Positions 12,755 to 25,900 of a DNA stretch of 64,000 nt are shown piece after piece (within the stretch, counting starts at the first letter, position 1; each line of letters starts with the position of its first letter). This stretch comes from Eledone cirrhosa (Eukaryota), in assembly GCA_964016885.1 (NCBI GenBank), contig OZ024741.1, positions 164,858,001-164,922,000 of the forward strand. The letters run 5' to 3'. The notes under the pieces were generated by a model. That model saw nothing but the letters and a program-made list of their open reading frames with translations, was not told the origin of the DNA and searched no databases. A program made the position numbers and the translations under genes.

Positions 12755-13282
12755 TACACATATATACATACATATAGATACACATACACACACACACATA
12801 CACATACACATATACATATACATATCTTTTTCAAAAAATTGCACAGAATATATTAACTAGGTATATATCCAAAACACATCCCATTCTATGATTACATGAC
12901 ATTCTGCAATTCGTCTGTATAAGGATACTAATTTTAAGCAAATTAAAATTAAAATTTTTAGGTTGATTAAAACTAAAACCAAATAATAAATATATTTCCA
13001 AAATGTATATTAATTAGGTCTATAATACTAAAAATTATTTCTCTGTCATTGGATACACGATATTATTTTGTTATATTTTATCTGTAAAAGAGTTATAATA
13101 AAAGGTTTAAATAAATTAAAATTAATCTATAAATTAAATTACTAAGTATATATTAGTAATATTTAAAGGTTTTTCACAATTTATGATTACATAATATTTT
13201 CTCATCTGTAATAAAATATTAATTAAATTAAATTTATAGGTTAACTAACATTTAAATTAAATTAATTTCTAGAATAATGTTA

Positions 13283-15074
13283 TTAATTAGGTTTATAATA
13301 TTTAAATGTTTTTTTTAGTTTATGATTACACGATATAATTAATTCCTGTCGTTTATTTAATAAGATATCCTTAGACTTCATTATTTCAAATAGTTCTTGG
13401 GAACATAATCTACATTCCTTTCTATTATTTTGATAAGGGGTGGCTCTTTTGAGCACATTCCAGGTCAAATCATATTTTATATTCTTATTTTTATAACTAT
13501 TGATTTTTTCTGCTAGAGATGTTGTATTAGCCAGTGCGGCATTTTTAAAACTATGCTTGTGGGTATTAAACCTTGTCTTAAAATTGTTAGAGGTAGCTCC
13601 TATATATGAGCAAATAGAATCTTTAGTTTTAACATTACATTTATAGACTATGTTGTTAACAAGACAATTCCCTTTTAATGGGCAGTTTGCTTTGTTTCTA
13701 CAGTTACATCCTTTCGTTAATTCTGTATTTGAGGAGATATTATGGTTAATTTGATGTACTGGTGGTATACTTATGGTTTTCTTACATTTATATGCATTAT
13801 ATGCACTTATATTTTGTTTTATGTTATTTGTTGTAGAGTATGAGAATTTAACTGTAGACCTATTTAAGATTTGATGGTATTTGTGGTTTGGCGGGAAGTT
13901 TTTCTCAAGGATATAAAAAAATTTTTTAGCAATATTATCCTTAACTTGTAAATTAAAAGGAGCATTATACCAAGTAACTCGTCTATTACGGTTTCTATGT
14001 TGTTTATTATTTTTATTATTTTTATAGGTTGTATCGTGATTTTTACTAGGAGGATTAATGTTAATGATCTCACCACAACTATTTTTAGTTATATTTGTAG
14101 ATTTAGGTGTTTTATCTTTTTTATTAGGAGTTTTATTATTAATATTTATTATAGTTGTATGATGAGTAGTTTTTTGAGGGTTACTATACTTTATATTAGA
14201 AGATTTAGTATTTTGGGGTATATTGTGGGTGGCATTTAGGTGTGTACTTTTCATTTGGTGTTTGTTGGTAATATTATGCTGTATGCTTTCAGTATTTTTA
14301 GTAGAAGGTATATACTCTAATCTATTTTTGTGGCCACTTCTATCTAGAGCTTCATTATAAAAGGTCGCATTTTTATCAAATACATCTTGGTTAGAAGAAA
14401 GGTTAGAAATTCTAAGTGATATATTATAAGCAAGGTTTTTAAGGATAGATTTAGGGTGATTAGATTGTGAGTGTATGTAATGTAAGTTTTGGTTAGGTTT
14501 ATGGTAAGGTTGGTAGATACCCGTAGCTAAATCTAAAGTTATATCTAGGAAATTTACTACTTTACTTGTTTTTTCAAAAGTAATATTAAGATTATAATAG
14601 TCTTTAAGGAAAGTTCTAATATGTTTTTTGTTTTTTTCGATTTCTGAAAGGCTAAGGTTGTTAGAAAGAAGAAGACAGTCATCACGATATAAACCACCTT
14701 TGAGGTGGGGAAAAGAGGCATTTATGTTGAAAAGGAGAAAGAGGCCCACAAGATCAGTAATTTGGGCGGAATCGCTTGAACCCATAGTAATATCAAAAAG
14801 ATTACTGTATGTGTTTCTGGTCCAGTATTCATTCTGAAATTCAATAAGTGTTAGTCTAGCATGTGTAATAATGTTAATGTCATCCGAAGTTAAACTAGAT
14901 CTATTTTTAGCAAATATCAATGCTTTGTTCAGGAGTATAGGTGATATAGAAGAATAGTAATTATCTATATCAAATTGTAGGAAAGAAGCAGAAGATTTAC
15001 ACCTAATATTTTTAAACCAGTTAATTACCTGGGAGGTGTTTTCCCAGAGTGGTAAAATAACGTGTTTTCTTATT
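13283..15074 (-). CDS. Penelope-like RT plus GIY-YIG endonuclease (Naiad-like), N-terminally truncated, frame open to the inversion junction
   Basis: RT motifs WENTSQVINWF, QFDIDNYYSSI, TMGSSDSAQITDLVG, LYRDD, VNFLDITL. Cys cluster GCNC-x5-CPLKGNC, then IVYKC...SYIGAT...FKTRFNTH (GIY-YIG) and CRLC...LNKRQEL...CNH. Confidence 0.92.
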
Positions 15075-16022
15075 TGTGTGTATATATATATCTTTATATA
15101 TGTGTATGTGTATGTTCGTGTAAGTGTATGTGTGTGTATGACTGTATATGTATGTGTGTATGTGTGTATGCGTAAATATTTCTATGTGCGCGTACATGTA
15201 TGTATGTGTATATATCTGTATGTGTATGTATATTATATTATATTTATTATATTTTATTGTTTTATTTTTTTATTTTTCTTAATTTATAGATACATTTATA
15301 TTAGGCAGTCTGCTCAGACAATTGAATACTGACCCCTCCCCCCCTCCCACCTAATTTCTGTATCTTGATCTTGAAATGTGTGTGCCAGTGTTTTATGTGA
15401 GTGATTTAATATCCATGTGCTTATGATTTTATATCCACATATATAAATGTGAGTGGGGGTGTGTGTGTGTTTGTATGTTCGTGGTTATGTGTATATTTAT
15501 GCATATACGCGCGTGTATGTGTGATTGTACTGATATGTGTGAGTATGAAAAAATATTTTTATGTGCTTGACTCCATAAGTATCAATGCGCATCTTATCAG
15601 CGCATTTTAAGCTTACAGAGATATTAACCTTGAAATTTTGTGTTTGCATCCATCTTTTTAGTATGCGTATACAAGTTATACATACATTTTTGTAAAATAT
15701 GTGTAAGGATTTTACATGTATATACACACACCGAACTGCTTTTAACCCTTTGTGTTTTCATTGGTCAATTTTGAACTGAAATTTTGAATTGTTGTTATTA
15801 TCAATAAATATACTTCATTATTTCTGAAGACGGCGTATATATGTGTTAGGTATGTATATTTAATCTTGATAATTTGTATAATTTTGTATAATTTTGTACA
15901 TAGATCTGTTGAATATGCATACCAATTATAACACATATATACCCTAGAAACGATCGTTAAATAATGAACTTTTTTTGTTTAATATAAGGAATTGTTTATT
16001 CATTATTTGTTTAATATTTTAT
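15075..16022 (+). repeat. Right arm of ~950-bp inverted repeat
   Basis: Joins directly to the truncated ORF at 15074/15075. Mirror ORFs in the track (9594/15742, 9803/15497) confirm the match. Confidence 0.95.
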
Positions 16023-16153
16023 CTTGACTCTGTATACCGTTTATCTTTCACCGAAAGTGGTTTTTCATTACATCTCTTCTTTCCATGATATCCGGAATAC
16101 ATTGAGTTCTTCATACGGATTGGACACTACCGTAAACTCTTGGTAGATTTATC

Positions 16154-16190
<37 letters not shown>

Positions 16191-16260
16191 TATCCAGTGA
16201 ATTTCCGACCGATAAGGTTGAATCGTCATGGTTATGTCTCTATTTATAAAACACACTTTG

Positions 16261-16325
16261 TATTTTATCTGATGAAAGCGCACCAATGTTGGCTTGGTTG
16301 CCCTTGAAATATATATAATAAAATA
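16261..16325 (+). ncRNA. Minimal type I hammerhead ribozyme
   Basis: Stem I TATTTTAT/ATAAAATA, core CTGATGA, stem II AAGCGCACCAA..TTGGTTGCCCTT, GAAA, minimal stem III with palindromic ATAT loop, AUA cleavage triplet. An outer stem TATTTATAAAAC/GTTTTATAAATA also forms. Confidence 0.8.
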
Positions 16326-16367
16326 AATATGGTTTTATAAATATAGTTTCCATTTATTTAATATCAT

Positions 16368-16415
<48 letters not shown>

Positions 16416-17297
16416 CAAGGTGTAGTCACCAGATTTGTCTAGCCTCAGAATCTGATAACCCAACCAACCACAGAAAATAGTTGTTGCTAAATGGTGGTGA
16501 TGATATATATATATGTGGGTGATCCCCTAGTGTAGGTGTGTTACACAATAAATCCACCCAGTACATGCTGTAAAGTGGTTGATGATGGGAAGCACATCCA
16601 GCCATAGAAAGCTTGCCAGACAAAGCATCAGGAGGACCCTTCAGTCGTGTCAAGGACATGACAACCTCCCTACATTTGGTGACTTACACAATAAACGCAC
16701 CCAGTAAACGCTGTAAAGTTGTGGGTGATAGAAAGGGCATGCAGCCATAGAAATCTTGCCACACATAGGGTTGGGAGGTATAACAATCTCTCCTGAGCAC
16801 TCGGTGGAAGATGAGACCACACATAAATGAAACACTGATCCCTGGCCTGCCTGGGAGATAAATGGCTCTGCTTCAGTACTGACTTGGTCTATATAACCTG
16901 TCCAATTCTTGCTAGCAGGGAAAGTGGACATTAAAACAACAAGGAATTGTTTTTCCTTTAATCAAACAAAATAAATATTTCTATATTTGATATATGAAGT
17001 AGATTTAAGTTTTATGAAATATTTTTACAAGTTTCAATTGATTAAGACAAACTTTTTCTTTTCAAATTCTCATATATTTAATAATTTGCAAAATACGAGA
17101 ACACAATTTGTTAAAGTAAATTATTTTTTGAAAAATTTGTCTTGATTGAAAGTGGTAAAATCATTTGAGAAAACTTAAATTTTTTTTGTCTGATTAAGAA
17201 AAAGAGAATTCATAAATACACTTCTGTTCATTTCCAATTTAACTTTTTTCCCATAATCATCAATTTGTATAAAACATTACACCTATTTTTAACTACA

Positions 17298-17470
17298 AGA
17301 AAGACCTGGGCAGAGACTGTGAGAGCTGACCTCAAATCACTAAGACTGGAAGAGGAGATGACAAAGGACTGCAACAAGTAGAGAGATGATGTACTTAGAA
17401 GAACCAGTCCAACCCATGCAAGCATGGGAAAGTGGACATAAAAACGATGGTGATGATGATGATTATGATG
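17298..17470 (+). mobile_element. Short RTE-type LINE 3' end (short-UTR family; similar relic at ~18360-18522)
   Basis: RKTWAETVRADL-like translation followed by CCAACCCATGCAAGCATGG...GGAC.TAAAACGATG(GAT)n. Confidence 0.65.
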
Positions 17471-17559
17471 ATATATATCATATATAAGTAAATTTGTCAG
17501 CAATGAAAAGATCGCTAAAATAAATCTAATTCAGAGAAGCATACACGTATAGAACATCT

Positions 17560-17733
17560 TATACAAAATCAATGTAAAGTAATCTAAAACAAGAAAACTT
17601 CACATGCATCTTACCCTAAGGGTAGAATCTTAGTTAAGCAAGCTAAAACAAGAGGGCTTCACTAAGTAAGATGCTTGTGAAGTTTGCTTGTTTTAAATAA
17701 CTTTACTGAGATTTACCCGTTGGTGATTTTGTA
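17560..17733. mobile_element. Degenerate MITE-like inverted repeat
   Basis: 17574-17614 vs reverse complement of 17666-17706 match at 37/41. An outer TATACAAAATCA/TGATTTTGTATA pair also matches. Confidence 0.55.
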
Positions 17734-18907
17734 TATGGTGGTTTTATATATATATATTTTATTATTTTTATTATCCGTCTCGCTGTTTTGCTTCAACATG
17801 GTTAGCCATCTTTCAATTCATATTCATACATATTCACAATTCTTCTGTGAGGGGTATAAGAAGATCGTTTTTTGCTCAACATTCGTTACCAAAACACACT
17901 TCCTTTTTATAACTTTGTTGTAGGAATATAATAATTACGAATATATAATACAAGCCATGTATATATATATATAGCTGCTTATTAACTCTTTCCCGAAACA
18001 TTTATTTCTTCAAAATAAGGTAAGACATCTCGAAAAATATTATAAGGTGTTTCAATAATTATTCCATTTCAACCAATTTCTCATTTCAGTTTTCTTTAGA
18101 AATATCTTGGCGTTGAAGATACATACATTTGTCCTTCTCATAGTAATTAGCTTGTCTCAAAATTGTTCGTATTGTTTCCATGTTTAGTGTCACAAACTAT
18201 CGTTAATTCAAGATTTTGCACTAATGTAATAAATGTTACTTTTAAAAGACTGAAGCTCTCAATTTTTTCTTTCTCTTGTATATTGATATCTAAAGAATGA
18301 TAAATGTATGTGTTATGTGATAGGAGAAGAAAAAAACACGGCCTTCTTCCCTCTCTATAGAAGGCTAACTGACAATGTTGTTCTTAGGAATGACAAGTAC
18401 TCGACAACAGTGAGCATCACATATATACACACACATATATAAGTGGAGAGATGCTGTGCTGAATAGGACCCATCCAACCCTTGCAAGCAGGGAAAAGCGG
18501 ACGTATGATGATGATGATGATGATAAAAGTATCCATTTTCTTTGTTAACAAGGGTTGGATGTACAATGTACATACAAATATATAATCACATTTTTTGTAT
18601 CCACTTTTCAATGCTGGCATCAGTTGCAATAAGAATATATTTTTTAGATGCAGTATTCTATGACCAGATGCCCTACCTGATGCTGAACATTACTTATTTC
18701 ACTAAACTTTATCATTGACAACAATGATGATTATGACAACAACAACAAAAGATAATGCAGCAAAGATTCTGATCAATTTTTAATCCTTTTGGAAATCTGA
18801 AGAGAAATATGTCTACTGTAAGAAGAAATAGGATGGAAATTCATTGAATTATAAATATCATCTCAATAGTTTCTGTGTATAAACCCAGCTGTTGGAAAAA
18901 GAAATTT

Positions 18908-18923
18908 ATATATATATACATAA

Positions 18924-18966
<43 letters not shown>

Positions 18967-19239
18967 CACACACATATATACATACACACATATATATACA
19001 TATACATACAGACACACACATATATATATACATATAGACACACACATATATATATATATTTATATATATAGATATACACACATATATATATATATACATA
19101 TATATATACACATATATATATATACATATACATATATACACATATATATATATACATATATACACATATATATATACACATATATATATATACACATATA
19201 TATATATACACACACATATATATACACACACATATATAT

Positions 19240-19310
<71 letters not shown>

Positions 19311-19376
19311 TATACACACGCACACACATATATATACATCTATTAAAAAAAAAATATATATATATAAATATATATA

Positions 19377-19417
<41 letters not shown>

Positions 19418-21084
19418 CATATAATATATATATATATACACATACATATACATACATATACATATAATATATATATACATACATATAATATATATATATA
19501 TACACATACAAATAATATATATATATATATACACATACATATACATATATATATATACCCACTAGATTCAAATATTTAAAGAAATTTAGACATTCTTAAA
19601 AACAAAATACATTAATAACATATATCTATAATAAACATACACACACAATCATATATATATACATACATACAAACACACACATACATGTCTATATCCTAGA
19701 TTTACTGCTCTATATTTGCTGCTATATAGTCATAATATAAACAAAAATATGCTATATACATTTTCTATATACATGCATGCAGTTGTATGTGTGTATATAT
19801 GAGAGAGAGGAGGAGAGAAAGATTATGTTACAGAGTGTTTTATATTAAAATATAAAGAATAATAAACATTTGTGTGTGTATGTGTAAGAATGTATGTATG
19901 TGTCAGAATGTATGTATGTATGTATGTATGTATGTATGTATGTATGTATGTGTATGTATGTATGTTTCAGAATGTATGTATGTGTATGTATGTATGCATG
20001 TATGCATGTATGTATGTATTATGTATGTGTATGTATGTATGTGTGCGTGCATGTATGTATGTGTCAGAATGTATGTATGTATGTATGTATGTGTATGTAT
20101 GTGTGCGTGCATGTATGTATGTGTCAGAATGTATGTATGTGTGTGTGCATGTATGTATGTGTCAGAATGTATGTATGTATATGTATGTATGTGTGCATGC
20201 ATGTATGTATGTGTGCATGTATTTATATACGTATGCATTCAAGTATTTATGTATGTAAGTATGTATGTGTGTGTGCATGTATGTATGTAAGTATGTGTGT
20301 ATGTAAGTATGTATGTGTGTATGTGTGCATGTATGTATGTGTGCATGTATGTATGTTTGCATGTATGTATGTTTGCATGTATGTATGTGTGCATGTATGC
20401 ATGTATGTATGTATGTTTGCATGTATGTATGTTTGCATGTATGTATGTGTGCATGTATATTTGCGTGTTTGTATGTATGTAAGTATGTGTATATATATAT
20501 GTATGTGTGTATGTGTGTGTGTGTGTAAGTATGTATGTGTGTATGTATATGTGTAAGTATGTATGTGTGTATGTATATGTGTGTATGTATATGTGTATGT
20601 ATATGTGTACTTACACATATACATACACACATGTGTGTATCATATAACATACATACATACATTTAAAATCTGTTATATATTCTTCTATAGATTTTATTTT
20701 CATTTTAAGAAAAGTTTCAAAATTATTTATTTTCTTTCAAAAGTTTTGTAACATCTTTAAAAAAAAACTCAGAAAAAAAAAAAAAAAAAATCCGCCACCA
20801 CCACTATCACCACACACCCTACCTTCCTGCTACCCCACACACTACTACCCCCACCACTACTACTCTCATCTCCAACACTAGTACATTTATACATACCTAC
20901 ACACACATATATACATATGTATACATGTACACATACAAAGTTACAAATACACAAGTCAAGCATAGAATACATATTTTTTTTCTTTAATATAAAATACTAT
21001 TCCAAATATATTTCCTTTGTTTAAACTTTACATTCTCTCTCTCTCTCTATATATATATATATACACATGCATATATATACATAC

Positions 21085-21115
<31 letters not shown>

Positions 21116-21138
21116 TATACATACATATATATACACAT

Positions 21139-21171
<33 letters not shown>

Positions 21172-21372
21172 CACATACATATACATATATACATACATAT
21201 ATATGTATATATATATATATACACACATACACACACATACATCATATATATATACACATACATATACATCATATATATGTATAGATACATACATATACAT
21301 CATATATATAGATACATACACTATATATATAAATATATATATATATATATACACACACACATATATACATAT
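18908..21372. repeat. Cluster of compound (TA)/(CA)/(TGTA) microsatellites
   Basis: Blocks at ~18908-19557, ~19871-20660 and ~21047-21372 read directly. Confidence 0.95.
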
Positions 21373-21680
21373 ATTCTTCATCCAACTGTAAATTTCGGAT
21401 TTGAAAACCAGATTTGTGAAAGTTTTCATTTCTTTGACTTTTAAATCTCTAACTACAAAAAAAAACATACAAATATATTTTGCTTATTCTCAACCACACC
21501 TTAACAATTGATTTTTGCCATAGGAATCATGGCCAATGCTCGAAATCTGCAAAAAAAAATTGCAAAAAAATTCTGCAAAAAAAAACTTTACAAATTTATC
21601 AAAGAAAATAGTAATTTTGTATATTGATACAGGGGTAGAAATTCCTGCAGTAAAATTAGTTCATTATATAAACCTTAGTT

Positions 21681-21895
21681 TGGTGGATTAGCAGTATTGG
21701 TAGAGTGACGAACAACATGCTTCATGGCATAGAGTTACAGCCCTTTACGTTCTGAGTTCAAATCCCGCCAAGGTTAGTTTTGTCTCTCGTCCTTATGACG
21801 GTCGATAAAATAAAGTACCAGTAATGTACTGGGTTGATTTAATTGACTTTCCCTCCCCAAAGTTCTTGGCCTTGTGTCTAAATCAGAAAGCATTA
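21681..21895 (+). mobile_element. tRNA-derived SINE (family 2)
   Basis: GGTGGATTAGCAGTATTGGTAGAG head, GAGTTCAAATCCCGCC B box, GTCGATAAAATAAAGTACCAG body. Confidence 0.8.
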
Positions 21896-22011
21896 TATAA
21901 ACGCTAGTATTTGGCTGGTGTTGTATTTTATTAATATTGGAAGAATAGAAAGTGCAGTTGACTTTGATGAGATTTAAGCTCAGAATGCTCTGTGTTGGCT
22001 TTTTCTATTTT

Positions 22012-22454
22012 TTAACCCTTTCATGATTATATTTTTTTTGATATACAATGTATTTCAAATAATTAATGACAGATTTAGAGGAATTTACTAAAATTATTAA
22101 TTCATTTATTATTAACCCTTTAGCATTTAAACCGGCCGTATCCAGCCAGAATTCTCTCACCTCTTTCAGTTCAAACCAGCTGTAACTAGCCTTGCATAAT
22201 GATGTTAAGGTAGTGTTCTCAAAATAAATAATATCAAAATCTCATAGATTCGATATTATGTGAGGTAAAGACATAACCATGAAAATACAATAGTAAATAT
22301 AGAGTAATGCTAAAGGGTTAAGGTAATATTTGTACCATAACTTGATAAAATGTATGTATACCACATTATAATTTAAATACGAACCTTTAAAAATGTGTGG
22401 TTTGATTCATAGAACCAGAGATGGTTTGGGGCAGATTGCTCTCAAAAGGGTTAA
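22012..22454. mobile_element. Older piggyBac-type MITE (outer), hosting a nested MITE
   Basis: TTAA-CCCTTT ... AAAGGG-TTAA termini. Confidence 0.6.
22112..22321. mobile_element. piggyBac-type MITE
   Basis: TTAA TSD and CCCTTTAGCATT/AATGCTAAAGGG TIRs. Five related copies in the window. Confidence 0.85.
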
Positions 22455-22940
22455 TGGTTCAGCCATGAGACACCACTTTATCAGGGCCTCTGAGACTTAT
22501 AAAAAGAAGGGACAGAGTTATTTATACCTAGACTAGAGACATGGTTCAAATAGACACCACTTTATAAGGGCCTCTAAGCAGTTATACAGAGACCAGAGAC
22601 ATAGCCCCGATGCTTGAAAGAGAAGACCAGGTAGTGGTGACATATTAACCCTACTACCCAAGAACAGGAACAGTCCTTCTGGCAGTCTTCCATACAGTTT
22701 CTGTCTACAAAGTTCTAAGAATTTTAATTCTTTATTGCATTTGTGGGTTTTATATCGAATAATATTAATATTTGATTCATTTGCATGCAAACAGCCTCAT
22801 TACGCTGTTTTATGGATGACCATTGTCATCCTTTTGTTCTACTGGTGACATATCTGCAATGTTAGAGTGAAAAATAAAATTCTAATTTTTCTTATTTTTT
22901 AAATCATTTATTATTATTTTCTCTTTACATGATAGATGAA

Positions 22941-25900
22941 GGCATGACTGTGTAGTTAAGTTCTAGGCATGACTGTGTAGTTAAGTTCTAGGCATGACTG
23001 TGTAGTTAAGTTCTAGGCATGGCTATGTAGTTAAGTTCTAGGCATGGCTGTGTAGTTAAGTTCTAGGCATGGCTGTGTAGTTAAGTTCTAGGCATGACTG
23101 TGTAGTTAAGTTCTAGGCATGACTGTGTAGTTAAGTTCTAGGCATGGCTGTGTAGTTAAGTTCTAGGCATGGCTGTGTAGTTAAGTTCTAGGCATGACTG
23201 TGTAGTTAAGTTCTAGGCATGACTGTGTAGTTAAGTTCTAGGCATGACTGTGTAGTTAAGTTCTAGGCATGACCGTGTAGTTAAGTTCTAGGCATGGCCG
23301 TGTAGTTAAGTTCTAGGCATGACCGTGTAGTTAAGTTCTAGGCATGACTGTGTAGTTAAGTTCTAGGCATGACTGTGTAGTTAAGTTCTAGGCATGACTG
23401 TGTAGTTAAGTTCTAGGCATGACTGTGTAGTTAAGTTCTAGGCATGACTGTGTAGTTAAGTTCTAGGCATGACTGTGTAGTTAAGTTCTAGGCATGTCTG
23501 TGTAGTTAAGTTCTAGGCATGGCTGTGTAGTTAAGTTCTAGGCATGACTGTGTAGTTAAGTTCTAGGCATGGCTGTGTAGTTAAGTTCTAGGCATGGCTG
23601 TGTAGTTAAGTTCTAGGCATGACTGTGTAGTTAAGTTCTAGGCATGACTGTGTAGTTAAGTTCTAGGCATGGCTGTGTAGTTAAGTTCTAGGCATGGCTG
23701 TGTAGTTAAGTTCTAGGCATGACTGTGTAGTTAAGTTCTAGGCATGGCTGTGTAGTTAAGTTCTAGGCATGGCTGTGTAGTTAAGTTCTAGGCATGACTG
23801 TGTAGTTAAGTTCTAGGCATGACCGTGTAGTTAAGTTCTAGGCATGACCGTGTAGTTAAGTTCTAGGCATGGCCGTGTAGTTAAGTTCTAGGCATGACTG
23901 TGTAGTTAAGTTCTAGGCATGACTGTGTAGTTAAGTTCTAGGCATGACTGTGTAGTTAAGTTCTAGGCATGGCTGTGTAGTTAAGTTCTAGGCATGGCTG
24001 TGTAGTTAAGTTCTAGGCATGGCTGTGTAGTTAAGTTCTAGGCATGACTGTGTAGTTAAGTTCTAGGCATGGCTGTGTAGTTAAGTTCTAGGCATGGCTG
24101 TGTAGTTAAGTTCTAGGCATGACTGTGTAGTTAAGTTCTAGGCATGGCTGTGTAGTTAAGTTCTAGGCATGGCTGTGTAGTTAAGTTCTAGGCATGGCTG
24201 TGTAGTTAAGTTCTAGGCATGACTGTGTAGTTAAGTTCTAGGCATGGCTGTGTAGTTAAGTTCTAGGCATGGCTGTGTAGTTAAGTTCTAGGCATGGCTG
24301 TGTAGTTAAGTTCTAGGCATGACTGTGTAGTTAAGTTCTAGGCATGACTGTGTAGTTAAGTTCTAGGCATGGCTGTGTAGTTAAGTTCTAGGCATGGCTG
24401 TGTAGTTAAGTTCTAGGCATGGCTGTGTAGTTAAGTTCTAGGCATGACTGTGTAGTTAAGTTCTAGGCATGGCTGTGTAGTTAAGTTCTAGGCATGGCTG
24501 TGTAGTTAAGTTCTAGGCATGGCTGTGTAGTTAAGTTCTAGGCATGACTGTGTAGTTAAGTTCTAGGCATGACTGTGTAGTTAAGTTCTAGGCATGACTG
24601 TGTAGTTAAGTTCTAGGCATGACCGTGTAGTTAAGTTCTAGGCATGGCCGTGTAGTTAAGTTCTAGGCATGACTGTGTAGTTAAGTTCTAGGCATGACTG
24701 TGTAGTTAAGTTCTAGGCATGACTGTGTAGTTAAGTTCTAGGCATGACTGTGTAGTTAAGTTCTAGGCATGACTGTGTAGTTAAGTTCTAGGCATGACTG
24801 TGTAGTTAAGTTCTAGGCATGTCTGTGTAGTTAAGTTCTAGGCATGGCTGTGTAGTTAAGTTCTAGGCATGACTGTGTAGTTAAGTTCTAGGCATGGCTG
24901 TGTAGTTAAGTTCTAGGCATGACTGTGTAGTTAAGTTCTAGGCATGACTGTGTAGTTAAGTTCTAGGCATGACTGTGTAGTTAAGTTCTAGGCATGGCTG
25001 TGTAGTTAAGTTCTAGGCATGACTGTGTAGTTAAGTTCTAGGCATGACTGTGTAGTTAAGTTCTAGGCATGGCTGTGTAGTTAAGTTCTAGGCATGGCTG
25101 TGTAGTTAAGTTCTAGGCATGACTGTGTAGTTAAGTTCTAGGCATGACCGTGTAGTTAAGTTCTAGGCATGACCGTGTAGTTAAGTTCTAGGCATGGCCG
25201 TGTAGTTAAGTTCTAGGCATGACTGTGTAGTTAAGTTCTAGGCATGACTGTGTAGTTAAGTTCTAGGCATGACTGTGTAGTTAAGTTCTAGGCATGGCTG
25301 TGTAGTTAAGTTCTAGGCATGGCTGTGTAGTTAAGTTCTAGGCATGACTGTGTAGTTAAGTTCTAGGCATGACTGTGTAGTTAAGTTCTAGGCATGGCTG
25401 TGTAGTTAAGTTCTAGGCATGACTGTGTAGTTAAGTTCTAGGCATGACTGTGTAGTTAAGTTCTAGGCATGACTGTGTAGTTAAGTTCTAGGCATGGCTG
25501 TGTAGTTAAGTTCTAGGCATGACTGTGTAGTTAAGTTCTAGGCATGACTGTGTAGTTAAGTTCTAGGCATGACTGTGTAGTTAAGTTCTAGGCATGGCTG
25601 TGTAGTTAAGTTCTAGGCATGACTGTGTAGTTAAGTTCTAGGCATGACTGTGTAGTTAAGTTCTAGGCATGGCTGTGTAGTTAAGTTCTAGGCATGACTG
25701 TGTAGTTAAGTTCTAGGCATGACTGTGTAGTTAAGTTCTAGGCATGACTGTGTAGTTAAGTTCTAGGCATGGCTGTGTAGTTAAGTTCTAGGCATGACTG
25801 TGTAGTTAAGTTCTAGGCATGACTGTGTAGTTAAGTTCTAGGCATGGCTGTGTAGTTAAGTTCTAGGCATGACTGTGTAGTTAAGTTCTAGGCATGACTG

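Larger units (their letters stand above)
9508..16157 (-). mobile_element. Penelope-like retroelement, 5'-truncated, with inverted pseudo-LTR arrangement
   Basis: Minus-strand RT plus GIY-YIG ORF and a ~3.8-kb microsatellite-rich 3' region. 9508-10456 and 15075-16022 are near-identical inverted copies. (TA)n at both ends. The right boundary is uncertain (16157 or ~16370). Confidence 0.88.

Noticed and set aside
15825-15850. CTGAAGA in the Penelope arm (also CTGATGA at ~55117 and ~62382) as hammerhead cores
   Set aside because: No stem II followed by GAAA downstream.
10199-21468. Numerous YI/CV/HT-rich ORFs
   Set aside because: Translations of (TA)/(CA)/(TGTA) microsatellites.
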